Made by a program: the position numbers and the translations under genes. Positions 26,370-35,552 of a stretch of 64,000 bases of DNA are shown one piece after another. The notes beneath the pieces are model-generated. The model was not told the DNA's origin, ran no database searches, and was given only the letters and a program-made list of their open reading frames with translations. Positions within the stretch are counted from its first letter, which is position 1, and the number at the start of each line of letters is the position of its first letter. The DNA is from a virus, in IMG/VR virus record IMGVR_UViG_3300045988_175656. One strand, written 5' to 3'.

Positions 26370-27227
26370 TTATTTGAAATACATATCATTAATATACATT
26401 GTGACTGATTCACTTTCTGATGAACTACCATTCATTAATATTCCACTTAATTTTTGTATGTTCATACCTGTTGATATAATATCAGAAATAGGTATAATGA
26501 TATGATTCCAGTTTTTAGATTTTAGTTTATTTGTAAAAGATATTTGGTAGTTATATTCTACATTATCCCAACTAATAAATCTTAATTCAAAACCATATGG
26601 TACTTCACTAAACATTGTTATATAAAAATTGTTTAAACCAGCCATGTTTAATGCCCCATTAGGCTCTCCATTAAAGTTAAAAAATAATTGACCTGCACCA
26701 CTTATTTTTTTGATAATAGTTTGACCACCACTAGCAGGAGTGCCATAATCTTCAACTAAAATCTTTCCAATTGGTTCAAACCAAGGTTCTAACGAATAAT
26801 TAACATTTGAGCCTTGGTTGCTGAATATTACTTTTCCACCATTTAATATATCATCAACAGTATGATAATCTATAACAGGTACTTTTCTACCTATTTCTCC
26901 AATTGCTGTATGATATAATCTAAAAGTTGTGTTATCTGGTACTGGTTGCCCTTGATATTCAATAGCACCTTTAATCCAACTTTTAGTATCTAAAAGATAA
27001 GACAATTTATCTGATGTTGTAGTGCCATAAGATTCACCACTAATTTCATCAAGTTTATTATTGATATTATTAATTATTGAATTAAGTTCATTTTCAGTAA
27101 CCCATAGTTTTTTATCACCTAAAAAGCCTTTTAATGTGTCTTTAGTTATGTAAATACTATTGTCATCTTTTTCAGTAATATTGGTATAATTTTCCTCTAA
27201 TCCTTGTAGAAAATGTAAATCTTTCAT
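26370..27227 (-). CDS. tail-fibre-like / receptor-binding protein
   Basis: N-terminal FLQGLEENY..DDNSIYITKDT motif; same operon. Confidence 0.45.
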   Translation of the reverse strand: MKDLHFLQGLEENYTNITEKDDNSIYITKDTLKGFLGDKKLWVTENELNSIINNINNKLDEISGESYGTTTSDKLSYLLDTKSWIKGAIEYQGQPVPDNTTFRLYHTAIGEIGRKVPVIDYHTVDDILNGGKVIFSNQGSNVNYSLEPWFEPIGKILVEDYGTPASGGQTIIKKISGAGQLFFNFNGEPNGALNMAGLNNFYITMFSEVPYGFELRFISWDNVEYNYQISFTNKLKSKNWNHIIIPISDIISTGMNIQKLSGILMNGSSSESESVTMYINDMYFK

Positions 27228-27391
27228 ATTGTTCCAGTTTTTGATTCTAAATCATCTTTTGTTATCCATAATTTTTTAGCTCCTAAATAACCATTATTTT
27301 TATCACTGGTTATATATAAAGTGTATTCATCTTTAATAGATAAATTTTGATAATTTTGTTCTGTACATATTTTTAATTTAAATCTATTCAT
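27224..27391 (-). CDS. small fibre-N-terminus-like protein (55 aa)
   Basis: hand-translated MNRFKLKICTEQNYQNLSIKDEYTLYITSDKNNGYLGAKKLW..; ATGA overlap with the downstream gene. Confidence 0.4.
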   Translation of the reverse strand: MNRFKLKICTEQNYQNLSIKDEYTLYITSDKNNGYLGAKKLWITKDDLESKTGTI

Positions 27392-27484
27392 ATAACAAAA
27401 GGCGTTTGAAATAAATAGTAATTAATAAATTTATTTATTAACGTTAAATTTATGAAAATATTTGGAAGTTTTAATTTTTAGTTG

Positions 27485-27494
27485 TATATTTGCA
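27485..27494 (+). promoter_or_regulatory. Bacteroidota-type promoter
   Basis: tatatttgca, with TTTG at 27461-27464 (20-nt spacer). Confidence 0.6.
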
Positions 27495-27547
27495 AAAAGT
27501 TTAAAAACAATCCATTATAAATAGTGTGAATGGTATTGTGATGTAAT

Positions 27548-27582
27548 TTATTCTATTTTATAGAAAGCGTAAAATAGAATAA
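27548..27582 (+). promoter_or_regulatory. perfect 13-bp hairpin in the long 5' leader
   Basis: ttattctatttta-N9-taaaatagaataa, between the promoter box and ATG 27624; no T-tract after it. Confidence 0.4.
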
Positions 27583-27623
27583 CTTTAGCGAAGTTTAGAA
27601 CATTGATAAAAACAAAAATATTT

Positions 27624-28829
27624 ATGAAACTATTAGAGAAAATTATAAATCAAGAAACTTATATGGTTAATTGGGATGAAGTGGCAAAAATACCAGAATT
27701 TGGCGTTTTAAAAAAAACTGAACAGAATCCTAAATGGCATTCAGAAGGAAATGTATGGAATCATACAGTAAATGTGGTAAATGAAATGTATAAATTAGTA
27801 CCATATAACGAATCAGATAAAATATTCTCTGATATGAGACATCAAAGACGTTTAGTTATGGTTGCTGCTGCTTTGTTTCATGATATAGGCAAAGGTGCTA
27901 CAACCAAATGGTCAGATGAAAAGGGTTCATGGACTTCTCCACGTCATGCGCCTGTTGGTGAACAAATCACACGTAGATTGTTATGGGATGAAGATTTTTT
28001 TGTTAGAGAAAAAATATGCTCTTTGGTTAGAAACCATATGAAACCGTTATATATTTATGATTCTGAAACTCCTGTTCGTGATGTAATATTTTTAGCTGAA
28101 GAGCCTATATCTTTTAACAATTTAATTACGTTAAAAATTGCTGATTGTTTAGGCGCAATTCAAACTGAAGAAGATGGATGGAGAGATAAATTAGAATATG
28201 CAAAAGAAATAGCCCAAGACTATAAATGTTTAGAAAATCCTTATAAGTTTTCTAATGAATATAGTCGTTTTGAATTTTTCCATAATCAAAAAATGGAATA
28301 TCCTGTGGATTTGTATAATCCATCTAATGTAGGTAATTTTACAGTATATTTTATGATTGGATTACCTGGTTCAGGCAAAGATACATATATTAAAAACCAT
28401 TTGTCTAATATTCCAACTGTTTGTAGAGACGAAATTCGCACTGAAATTGGTATTAAAGGTGAAAAGCCAATGGGCAATAAAAAGCAAGAAGATGAAGTTA
28501 CTCGTATTCAAAATGAAAGAATTTTGGAATATGCAAGAAAACATCAATCTTTCATTATCAATGCAACTAATTTAAAAAGAATGTATCGTGATGGGTTTAA
28601 ATCAATGTTAGCTCCATACAATGCTCGTATCGAATATGTGTATGTAGAAGCACCTGATTTTAACAAAACACTTGAAAGAAGAAAAGGTACAATACCACAA
28701 GATGTTATTAAAAGAATGAGAGAATATTTTGAATTTCCACGTCCAAATGAAGCTTATGCAATAAGAATTGATGTACAAAGAAATTCAATTTATGGTAAAA
28801 CAACTGATTATGAAGGAAAAGACAAATGA
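27624..28829 (+). CDS. HD phosphoesterase plus P-loop polynucleotide-kinase-like fusion (RNA end-healing enzyme)
   Basis: N-terminal NPKWHSEGNVWNHT..AALFHDIGKG (HD of the CCA-enzyme type); C-terminal GLPGSGKDTY P-loop; start moved to the first ATG. Confidence 0.6.
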   Translation: MKLLEKIINQETYMVNWDEVAKIPEFGVLKKTEQNPKWHSEGNVWNHTVNVVNEMYKLVPYNESDKIFSDMRHQRRLVMVAAALFHDIGKGATTKWSDEKGSWTSPRHAPVGEQITRRLLWDEDFFVREKICSLVRNHMKPLYIYDSETPVRDVIFLAEEPISFNNLITLKIADCLGAIQTEEDGWRDKLEYAKEIAQDYKCLENPYKFSNEYSRFEFFHNQKMEYPVDLYNPSNVGNFTVYFMIGLPGSGKDTYIKNHLSNIPTVCRDEIRTEIGIKGEKPMGNKKQEDEVTRIQNERILEYARKHQSFIINATNLKRMYRDGFKSMLAPYNARIEYVYVEAPDFNKTLERRKGTIPQDVIKRMREYFEFPRPNEAYAIRIDVQRNSIYGKTTDYEGKDK

Positions 28830-29268
28830 TAAACTTCAAACACCATATGAATTGTTTGGTGTTGAATGTGGAGATGGGTGGAAAGGTTTACTAAAACCCA
28901 TCTTTGATTATATTGAAAAATATAATTCTGAACATACAAAAAATCCAATTGTAATTGAACAAGTTAAAGAAAAATTTGGACAATTAAGATTTTATGTTAA
29001 TTTCGAAACAGAAGAACTTTCAAAATTGATTGAAGATGCTGAATGTGATTCATGGGAAACATGTGAGTTATGTGGTAGTAAAGAACATATTGGTCATACA
29101 ACTGGGTGGGTTATGACTATTTGCCATGATTGTATCAAGAAAAATGCTGTTGGTAGAAAGAATGATAGAATGTGGATTAATTATGCTAATGATAAAAAAT
29201 ATATTATTTCACATGATGAAAATATACCTGATAAAGAAATAGTGAAAAATGAAAGAAATGTGCAATAA
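28810..29268 (+). CDS. hypothetical Cys-rich protein
   Basis: FGVECGDGW..VKEKFGQLRFY..CELCGS..CHDC; start chosen at an internal ATG to limit overlap. Confidence 0.5.
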   Translation: MKEKTNDKLQTPYELFGVECGDGWKGLLKPIFDYIEKYNSEHTKNPIVIEQVKEKFGQLRFYVNFETEELSKLIEDAECDSWETCELCGSKEHIGHTTGWVMTICHDCIKKNAVGRKNDRMWINYANDKKYIISHDENIPDKEIVKNERNVQ

Positions 29269-29407
29269 CAAAATTGAAATATATAAGAAACAAGTAATTG
29301 ATAAATTACATATTCTTATAGGAGCAATGATATTAGATGGTTATGATGAATATGATTCTTGTGTTAAATATGTAAATGAATTGATTAAAGAATTAGAAAA
29401 CGAATGA
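29249..29407 (+). CDS. small hypothetical protein (52 aa)
   Basis: hand-translated MKEMCNNKIEIYKKQVIDKLH..; ends just before the terminator. Confidence 0.3.
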   Translation: MKEMCNNKIEIYKKQVIDKLHILIGAMILDGYDEYDSCVKYVNELIKELENE

Positions 29408-29431
29408 CTTAAATATAGATTAAGAATAATT

Positions 29432-29457
29432 AACGGAACTTATTTGCAAGTTCCGTT
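29432..29457 (+). terminator. rho-independent terminator
   Basis: aacggaact..agttccgtt followed by ttttt. Confidence 0.65.
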
Positions 29458-29466
29458 TTTTGTTTC

Positions 29467-29476
29467 TATATTTGCA
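29467..29476 (+). promoter_or_regulatory. Bacteroidota-type -7 promoter box
   Basis: tatatttgca; ATG at 29502. Confidence 0.6.
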
Positions 29477-29501
29477 TCATAATAATAAATCATAAAACAA
29501 A

Positions 29502-30308
29502 ATGGAAGAACAAAGAATTAGTAGTTTTGCATCTTACAATGCTAACATGAAAAAAAGTTTAATGGATAAAATTTATTTCATTGACAAAACTGAAGCAACT
29601 GTTTTTGTAGATTTTGGCTGTGCTGATGGAGAGTTAATTAAATTTATGAATGCATTGTTTCCTGAATATACATATATTGGATATGATATATCAGAAAGTA
29701 TGATTGAAGCTGCTCATATTAATATTGCAGGTAAAGATAATGTTAATCTTCCAAAAAATATACATCTATATAGTGAATGGAATGCATTAGAAAAATTTTT
29801 GAATGAGAACTATATAAATTCTAAAAAAGCTATTATTCTTAATTCAGTTATACATGAAGTATATTCTTATTCGACACTCCTTGCAATTGATACTTTTTGG
29901 GATGTAGTATTTGGTGGAAAGTTTGAATATGTAGTTATTCGTGATATGTTGCCAAGTATGTCAATTAATAAAAAATCCAATATAAATGACATTGCTAAAG
30001 TAAGAAGAAAGGCAAATAAATCACATCTTTCTGATTATGAAAATCATTGGGGGTCTATTAATGAAAATAAGAATTTGATTCATTTTCTACTTAAATATAG
30101 ATGGATTGAAAATTGGGATAGAGAGGTAAAAGAAAATTATTTTCCAATTTATGTGGAAAATTTTATGGAACATATTACTGACAAATATGTAATTGACTAT
30201 TATGAGGAATTTATTTTACCTTATACTAAAAGACAAATATTAAAAGATTTTGATATTGAATTAAAAGATAATACACACATTAAATGTATATTGAGATATG
30301 ATAAATAA
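29502..30308 (+). CDS. SAM-dependent methyltransferase
   Basis: motif I VFVDFGCADGE; motif II-like YIGYDIS. Confidence 0.6.
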   Translation: MEEQRISSFASYNANMKKSLMDKIYFIDKTEATVFVDFGCADGELIKFMNALFPEYTYIGYDISESMIEAAHINIAGKDNVNLPKNIHLYSEWNALEKFLNENYINSKKAIILNSVIHEVYSYSTLLAIDTFWDVVFGGKFEYVVIRDMLPSMSINKKSNINDIAKVRRKANKSHLSDYENHWGSINENKNLIHFLLKYRWIENWDREVKENYFPIYVENFMEHITDKYVIDYYEEFILPYTKRQILKDFDIELKDNTHIKCILRYDK

Positions 30309-30546
30309 TTTTGAAAAAACAAGACATTCGTTTTCATGGATAACTTTTGGACGTGAAATGAATGAAGAGCCAAGACAGATTCCATTAAAAGATATATCTG
30401 ATAGCCATTTGTTACATATAATTGGTCATATAATGAAAAATGTAGAGATAAAGAATAGTAGTGGAGGGAGAAATATATTAAATGTTATGCACCAAGAAGC
30501 TATATATAGGGCTGAACATAACATTTTTATTAGTGATTATAAATAA
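30298..30546 (+). CDS. hypothetical protein
   Basis: ORF track. Confidence 0.5.
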   Translation: MINNFEKTRHSFSWITFGREMNEEPRQIPLKDISDSHLLHIIGHIMKNVEIKNSSGGRNILNVMHQEAIYRAEHNIFISDYK

Positions 30547-30554
30547 CAAAGAAT

Positions 30555-30842
30555 ATGAGTTTATATGATTTTGATAAATATAATAAAAACCATATAGGTG
30601 AAGATTATATTTTTGTATGGAATGATAAAAAAGGTAAAAATTATAGTTTTGAAGCCTATTTTATGAAATGGAATGGTTATAGTCATGAAGTGCTTGCTGA
30701 TGGTTATGGTGAAGATGAAAGAGATGCATTATATAACCTATTAGAAGATATTGAATCTAGAGTAAAAGAATTATCTAAAATAAATTTAATGATTCAAGAA
30801 GTTTTTGAAAATTGTGATAAAAAATCTTTACTTGTTGACTAA
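30555..30842 (+). CDS. hypothetical protein
   Basis: ORF track. Confidence 0.5.
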   Translation: MSLYDFDKYNKNHIGEDYIFVWNDKKGKNYSFEAYFMKWNGYSHEVLADGYGEDERDALYNLLEDIESRVKELSKINLMIQEVFENCDKKSLLVD

Positions 30843-31015
30843 TGAGAAAACGTTTTCATAATACATCACTTTCTAAACCTATGATAATTAAATTGACTGA
30901 TGTGGAAAAAGATAATATAAATTGTCGAATTATTGGAAAAGTGGGCTTATGTGGAAGTAGATGTTATCTATTTCAACAAAATAAATGCAAGCACTGTAAG
31001 GTTAACATTTATTAA
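30842..31015 (+). CDS. small Cys-rich protein (57 aa)
   Basis: hand-translated MRKRFHNTSLSKPMIIKL..GLCGSRCYLFQQNKCKHCKV. Confidence 0.3.
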   Translation: MRKRFHNTSLSKPMIIKLTDVEKDNINCRIIGKVGLCGSRCYLFQQNKCKHCKVNIY

Positions 31016-31048
31016 TATTATTAAATACCATATATCAAATTTAAATTG

Positions 31049-31058
31049 TATATTTGCA
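31049..31058 (+). promoter_or_regulatory. Bacteroidota-type -7 promoter box
   Basis: tatatttgca; ATG at 31082. Confidence 0.6.
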
Positions 31059-31081
31059 ATAAGAAAATAATATAAATAGAT

Positions 31082-31645
31082 ATGAATCAAAGTAGACAAG
31101 ATAAATATGGTCATATTATGTTTGACCTTGAAACATTGGATAATAAAAATACATCAAGTATATTATCAATTGGTGCTGTTGAATTTAATTTACATACAGG
31201 AGAAATTGGTGAAACATTATATGTAAGAGTTGATTTGCAATCTTGTATTGATGAAGGATTAACTATTAGTGCTGATACTATTATGTGGTGGTTACGTCAA
31301 TCAGATGAAGCTAGAGCACATATTTATGGTACAAGTGGAATTCAATTAGAAGAAGCTTTAGACAAAGTTTTCAATTTTGTTGAAAGTTGTGGTGAGGATG
31401 TTGTGGTATGGGGAAATGGCTCAACGTTTGATATTTCAATTTTAGAATATGCATTTTATAAATTTTATACAACACTTCCGTGGAAATTTTATAATGTGAG
31501 TGATTTGAGAACAATTGTTAATATAAATCCTAAGATAAAGAAAAATTGTCCTTTTGATGGTATCAAACATGATGCAATAGCTGATTGTAAGCATCAAATA
31601 AAATATTTGTGTGATACATATAAGACAATAAAAGTTATTGACTAA
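31082..31645 (+). CDS. DEDD-family 3'-5' exonuclease
   Basis: Exo I IMFDLETLD, Exo II VWGNGSTFDISIL, Exo III KHDAIADC. Confidence 0.65.
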   Translation: MNQSRQDKYGHIMFDLETLDNKNTSSILSIGAVEFNLHTGEIGETLYVRVDLQSCIDEGLTISADTIMWWLRQSDEARAHIYGTSGIQLEEALDKVFNFVESCGEDVVVWGNGSTFDISILEYAFYKFYTTLPWKFYNVSDLRTIVNINPKIKKNCPFDGIKHDAIADCKHQIKYLCDTYKTIKVID

Positions 31646-32079
31646 TGAAAAAATTATCAAATAAGAGAATTTCTGAATTAATTGATAAAGCAATAAATGA
31701 TATGAATGAATGGAATAATTCTCATACCATAGATGAATATGTTATTAATTCTATTAGAAATATTAATTTAATTGATGATGAAAAGAAACTTAAAGATGAA
31801 TTAAAATATTGGTCATGTTCAAGTAATTATTGGATTGGTGTATCAGCTTTAATGACCGCATATGAAGAACGATTAGATAATAAAGATGAAGAATATGCAA
31901 TAATTGAAGCTATCACTAGTAGTAATCCTACAAATGATTTATTAAGGCAAGGACAATCAGCTATAATATTAGATAAAAACAATACAGATGTTTGCCAAAT
32001 AAACCCTGATGGTACTAAAGAAATTATTTTTAAAGTTAAAAACAACTTTTATAAAGTAGAAAAAAGAAATTTAAATTAA
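31645..32079 (+). CDS. hypothetical protein
   Basis: ORF track. Confidence 0.5.
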   Translation: MKKLSNKRISELIDKAINDMNEWNNSHTIDEYVINSIRNINLIDDEKKLKDELKYWSCSSNYWIGVSALMTAYEERLDNKDEEYAIIEAITSSNPTNDLLRQGQSAIILDKNNTDVCQINPDGTKEIIFKVKNNFYKVEKRNLN

Positions 32080-32085
32080 GAAAAG

Positions 32086-32901
32086 ATGTATAAAATTGAA
32101 AGTTTTATAGCTATGGGATGTGCTCATTCGCTTCATTGTGAAGATGATTTTTATGTATATGAAGATGAAGAAGTGATTGTTGCAGCCGTTTTTGATGGAT
32201 GTTCATCTGGTATTGATTCACATTTTGCATCCACTATGCATAAATATTGTTTGAGAGAAGTTTTAATTGACATTCCTTATATTATAAGAGAAGATGATAA
32301 TAGAAATTTTCCTTTTAAAGATATTAATGAAAGTGGAAAAGAAATTATACACTTACTTTATGATAGAATTTATCGCCTTAATTATGAAGTAAATAGTGAA
32401 ATGCTTAGTACAGTTGTATTAACATTGGTTAATAAACTGACAAAAGAATATTTTATATGTTTTGCAGGTGATGGCGTATGCAAAATTAATGATAAAATAC
32501 ACTCTGTACATGATTCAAATAGTAATGCTGTGTGGTATTTATCTAGTGTAAAGTATTCTGATTTCAACTTTTATTATGATACTTATTGTACTAAATATAG
32601 TGGAGTATTTGAAAACGAGATTTCCATATCATCAGATGGCATGGAATCTTTTAAAGATAAATTTGGAACAGATGTTACAACTGAAGCTGAAATTTTGTTT
32701 TTAGGATTGAATCATGATGAATTGAAATTGAATGATAAATATAAAACAATACCAATGTGTCGTTTATATAATATGTTTCAAAATGGAAAGATTGATGAAT
32801 TTAAAAATATTCCAGTAAAGAATTTAGATGATTTTACAATTATTAAAATAACTGAAATAAAAGAAAAAAGTAATGAAACGTCTACTGAGTCTATGGAATA
32901 G
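32086..32901 (+). CDS. PP2C-like protein phosphatase (tentative)
   Basis: CEDDFYVY..VAAVFDGCSSG and later FAGDGV, SSDGM resemble PP2C_2-type metal-binding motifs. Confidence 0.4.
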   Translation: MYKIESFIAMGCAHSLHCEDDFYVYEDEEVIVAAVFDGCSSGIDSHFASTMHKYCLREVLIDIPYIIREDDNRNFPFKDINESGKEIIHLLYDRIYRLNYEVNSEMLSTVVLTLVNKLTKEYFICFAGDGVCKINDKIHSVHDSNSNAVWYLSSVKYSDFNFYYDTYCTKYSGVFENEISISSDGMESFKDKFGTDVTTEAEILFLGLNHDELKLNDKYKTIPMCRLYNMFQNGKIDEFKNIPVKNLDDFTIIKITEIKEKSNETSTESME

Positions 32902-33130
32902 ATATGTCAGATTTGTTCAGTTCCGTAGCCATAAAGCAACCTTTATTGATTATGTTTATATAATATTTGCGAATGTATTTACACTAGCATTTTTATTTCA
33001 CATATTCTTTTTAACACTAACTATATACAATTATATAGCTATGTTCTTAATAATGGGACTGCTTGTGTATATAGAATCAAGCGAAATTAAAAAATGGAAA
33101 AGATACAAAAAGATAAATCATATAAAATAA
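32873..33130 (+). CDS. small membrane protein
   Basis: ORF track; two hydrophobic segments. Confidence 0.4.
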   Translation: MKRLLSLWNRYVRFVQFRSHKATFIDYVYIIFANVFTLAFLFHIFFLTLTIYNYIAMFLIMGLLVYIESSEIKKWKRYKKINHIK

Positions 33131-33327
33131 AAAATATAATGTTGATATTGGAGTTTTTATTGATATTAACATTTATGATAGCATCAATTTATTTGATGAC
33201 AAATGCTATTATTGTTGGAGTGTTTGCTCATATATTTTTTATATCTTTTTGTTTATGGTGGGTATATGAGATATATGGTTTATGGAAAGATTTTTTTAAT
33301 AGGATTAAAAATGAAAAGAATACCTAA
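33094..33327 (+). CDS. small membrane protein
   Basis: ORF track; two hydrophobic segments. Confidence 0.4.
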   Translation: MEKIQKDKSYKIKNIMLILEFLLILTFMIASIYLMTNAIIVGVFAHIFFISFCLWWVYEIYGLWKDFFNRIKNEKNT

Positions 33328-33493
33328 TGTCACGCCTTTATTAAAAGATAATCAAGAATTATTAGCTAAATTAAATAATATTACTAAAGTATCATTTTTA
33401 GATAAAAATGGTATTATTTGGAAACCGTTTAGTAATGGTAAATGGTTTGGGAGAACTGCATACTGGAACAAAAAACTTTTAAAATATGAATAA
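33311..33493 (+). CDS. hypothetical protein
   Basis: ORF track frame, start moved to the internal ATG (MKRIPNV). Confidence 0.4.
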   Translation: MKRIPNVTPLLKDNQELLAKLNNITKVSFLDKNGIIWKPFSNGKWFGRTAYWNKKLLKYE

Positions 33494-33495
33494 AA

Positions 33496-33708
33496 ATGGA
33501 AACAAATGAAAAGAATAATTTGACTGAAAATACCATTGTTAGTTTTAATATAAATGATGCTATTAAAGGAATTGCAAATAGAAGTTTACCTGTAATTGGT
33601 AAATCTTATATTATAGAAATTTTATCTTCCAAAGGTATTGATAAAAAAACATATCCATATTCTAGTATAGTAGTATTTGAGAAATTTATTGAAGTGAAAC
33701 ATTTTTAA
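33496..33708 (+). CDS. hypothetical protein
   Basis: ORF track. Confidence 0.5.
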   Translation: METNEKNNLTENTIVSFNINDAIKGIANRSLPVIGKSYIIEILSSKGIDKKTYPYSSIVVFEKFIEVKHF

Positions 33709-33721
33709 AAGATAAAGTAAT

Positions 33722-34579
33722 ATGAGATTAGATACTTTAGAAAAAAGAATGCTATATTATCGCAGTTTAACTGATTATAAACTATTACCAAATGCGCCTG
33801 TATTATTAATGTTAGATGGTAGGGCATTTTCCAAGTTTTGTAAAAGATTTGAAAAACCATATGATGAAAAATTTATTGATATGATGAATCAAACAGCCCA
33901 ATATTTGTGCGAAAACATTGAAGGTTGTAAATTTGCATATGTACAATCAGATGAAATTTCTCTTTATGTGACTGATATGGAGAATGAAAATTCTGAAAGT
34001 TGGTTTAGTTATCGAATGGTAAAAATGTGTTCTATTGCAGCAAGTTTGGCTACGGCTAAATTCAACCAATTGTTAATGATTGATTATTTAAATGAAAAAT
34101 CAATTGAAACATTAAAAGAACAGAAACTAGTTGAATTTGATTGCAAAGTGTGGAATGTACCAACTTTAAATGATGTTTTTGCGTGGTTTTTGTTTCGCCA
34201 AATTGATTGCATAAGAAATTCTAAACAAATGGCTGCTCAAACTTTCATTCCTCATGACCAATTAAAATGTTTGCACACTGACCAACAAATTGCAAAACTT
34301 AAAGAATGGAAAGGTATTGATTGGAATGATTATTCAGATGATAAAAAATTTGGTCGTTTTCTTTATAAGGAAAGTGTAGTAATTCCTTATATTATTCCTG
34401 AAAAATTTAAGAATGGTAAACTACCAGATAAAATGTTAGAAACACTTATTACTGAAGATAATGATGATGGAACTTTTTATTACATTGAACGTAATAAATG
34501 GATTGCTCACAATGGTTTTGAACTAACAACTGAAGAAGGTAAACAGCAATTTTATGACATACTAGGATGGCAACAATAA
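33722..34579 (+). CDS. Thg1-like protein (tRNA-His guanylyltransferase / 3'-5' RNA polymerase family)
   Basis: LLMLDGRAFSKFCKRFEKPYDEKF and YVQSDEISL match the Thg1 catalytic motifs. Confidence 0.85.
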   Translation: MRLDTLEKRMLYYRSLTDYKLLPNAPVLLMLDGRAFSKFCKRFEKPYDEKFIDMMNQTAQYLCENIEGCKFAYVQSDEISLYVTDMENENSESWFSYRMVKMCSIAASLATAKFNQLLMIDYLNEKSIETLKEQKLVEFDCKVWNVPTLNDVFAWFLFRQIDCIRNSKQMAAQTFIPHDQLKCLHTDQQIAKLKEWKGIDWNDYSDDKKFGRFLYKESVVIPYIIPEKFKNGKLPDKMLETLITEDNDDGTFYYIERNKWIAHNGFELTTEEGKQQFYDILGWQQ

Positions 34580-34607
34580 AAGATAGTAATGGGAAAATAT
34601 ATAAAAT

Positions 34608-34633
34608 TGAATGAGATTATATAATCTCATTCA
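34608..34633. terminator. hairpin at convergent gene junction
   Basis: tgaatgagatta / taatctcattca palindrome; overlaps the 3' end of the minus-strand gene. Confidence 0.45.
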
Positions 34634-35552
34634 ATAATTCATTATGATTTGTAAATACCTTAGATATATATAAATTATTACTTTTATCTGAGTGAGTATA
34701 GTATAGAATTTTTATATTATTGTGCTTACATAAATCATATTTTAACTTATTATTTTTAGATAATTTAATAAAATTTTGTAAACCACCAAAATAATTAATT
34801 GGTTTGAAATGCTGTTCACCCTGACATTCAATCGCAATATTATAATCAGGAAGATAAAAGTCTAATCTTAATTTATATTTTGATTTAAGCCAATCAAATG
34901 TTTTCTCTCGTTCATAATTAATATTGTTTATTTCTAAAAAATTAGATATTTCATTTTCTAATTTTGATTCATTACAAATAGGGCATCCTTTACTTTGTAA
35001 GTGATTGTGTGGCGTTTGCCAAAACTCACCATGTTCAGGACAAACAATACAAACTTTTGTGCAATTGTTTACATAATTTACTTTTGAATAATCGTATTTA
35101 TTGCCATGTATTTCTTTTGCTTTAGTAATAAATTTTTCATTTGTTAATTTGTTATTATCATTTCTATGCTTATTGGCACAAATGGGACATCCTTGCTTTT
35201 GATGGATATGTTTATATAGTGATTGCTGAAATTCACCATGTTCAGGACATATAATTGTTGATTTGGTATCAATATTTAAATAATGAAATTTTGAATAATC
35301 ATATTTATCACCATGTATTTGAATTGCATATTCAACCCATTCATTAATAGTTTTATATAAACCACGACATTTGGGGCAACCATGTTTTCGATTAATATGT
35401 TTAACAGGTGTTTGCCAAAACTCACCATGTTCAGGGCAAATAATACAAACTTTTGTTTTATTGTTTATATATTCTACTTTTGAATAATCATATTTGTTAC
35501 CATGAACTTCCATAGCTCTCTTTATAAAATTCTCAGTTGTGTTTTGTTTCAT
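34617..35552 (-). CDS. free-standing homing-endonuclease-like protein (3 zinc-ribbon repeats plus DUF559/Vsr-like nuclease fold)
   Basis: three copies of GNKYDYSKV.Y.N..TKV.I(I/V)CPEHGEFWQTP..H....GCP.C; C-terminal LDFYLPDYNIAIECQGEQHF; lone minus-strand gene between + genes; paralogue at 56941. Confidence 0.6.
   Translation of the reverse strand: MKQNTTENFIKRAMEVHGNKYDYSKVEYINNKTKVCIICPEHGEFWQTPVKHINRKHGCPKCRGLYKTINEWVEYAIQIHGDKYDYSKFHYLNIDTKSTIICPEHGEFQQSLYKHIHQKQGCPICANKHRNDNNKLTNEKFITKAKEIHGNKYDYSKVNYVNNCTKVCIVCPEHGEFWQTPHNHLQSKGCPICNESKLENEISNFLEINNINYEREKTFDWLKSKYKLRLDFYLPDYNIAIECQGEQHFKPINYFGGLQNFIKLSKNNKLKYDLCKHNNIKILYYTHSDKSNNLYISKVFTNHNELLNEII

Noticed and set aside
24586-27623. 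An invertible (shufflon-like) or DGR-diversified tail-fibre cassette
   Set aside because: No recombinase or reverse transcriptase is present in the window. No inverted repeats flank the fibre C-termini, and I could find no template/variable repeat pair.
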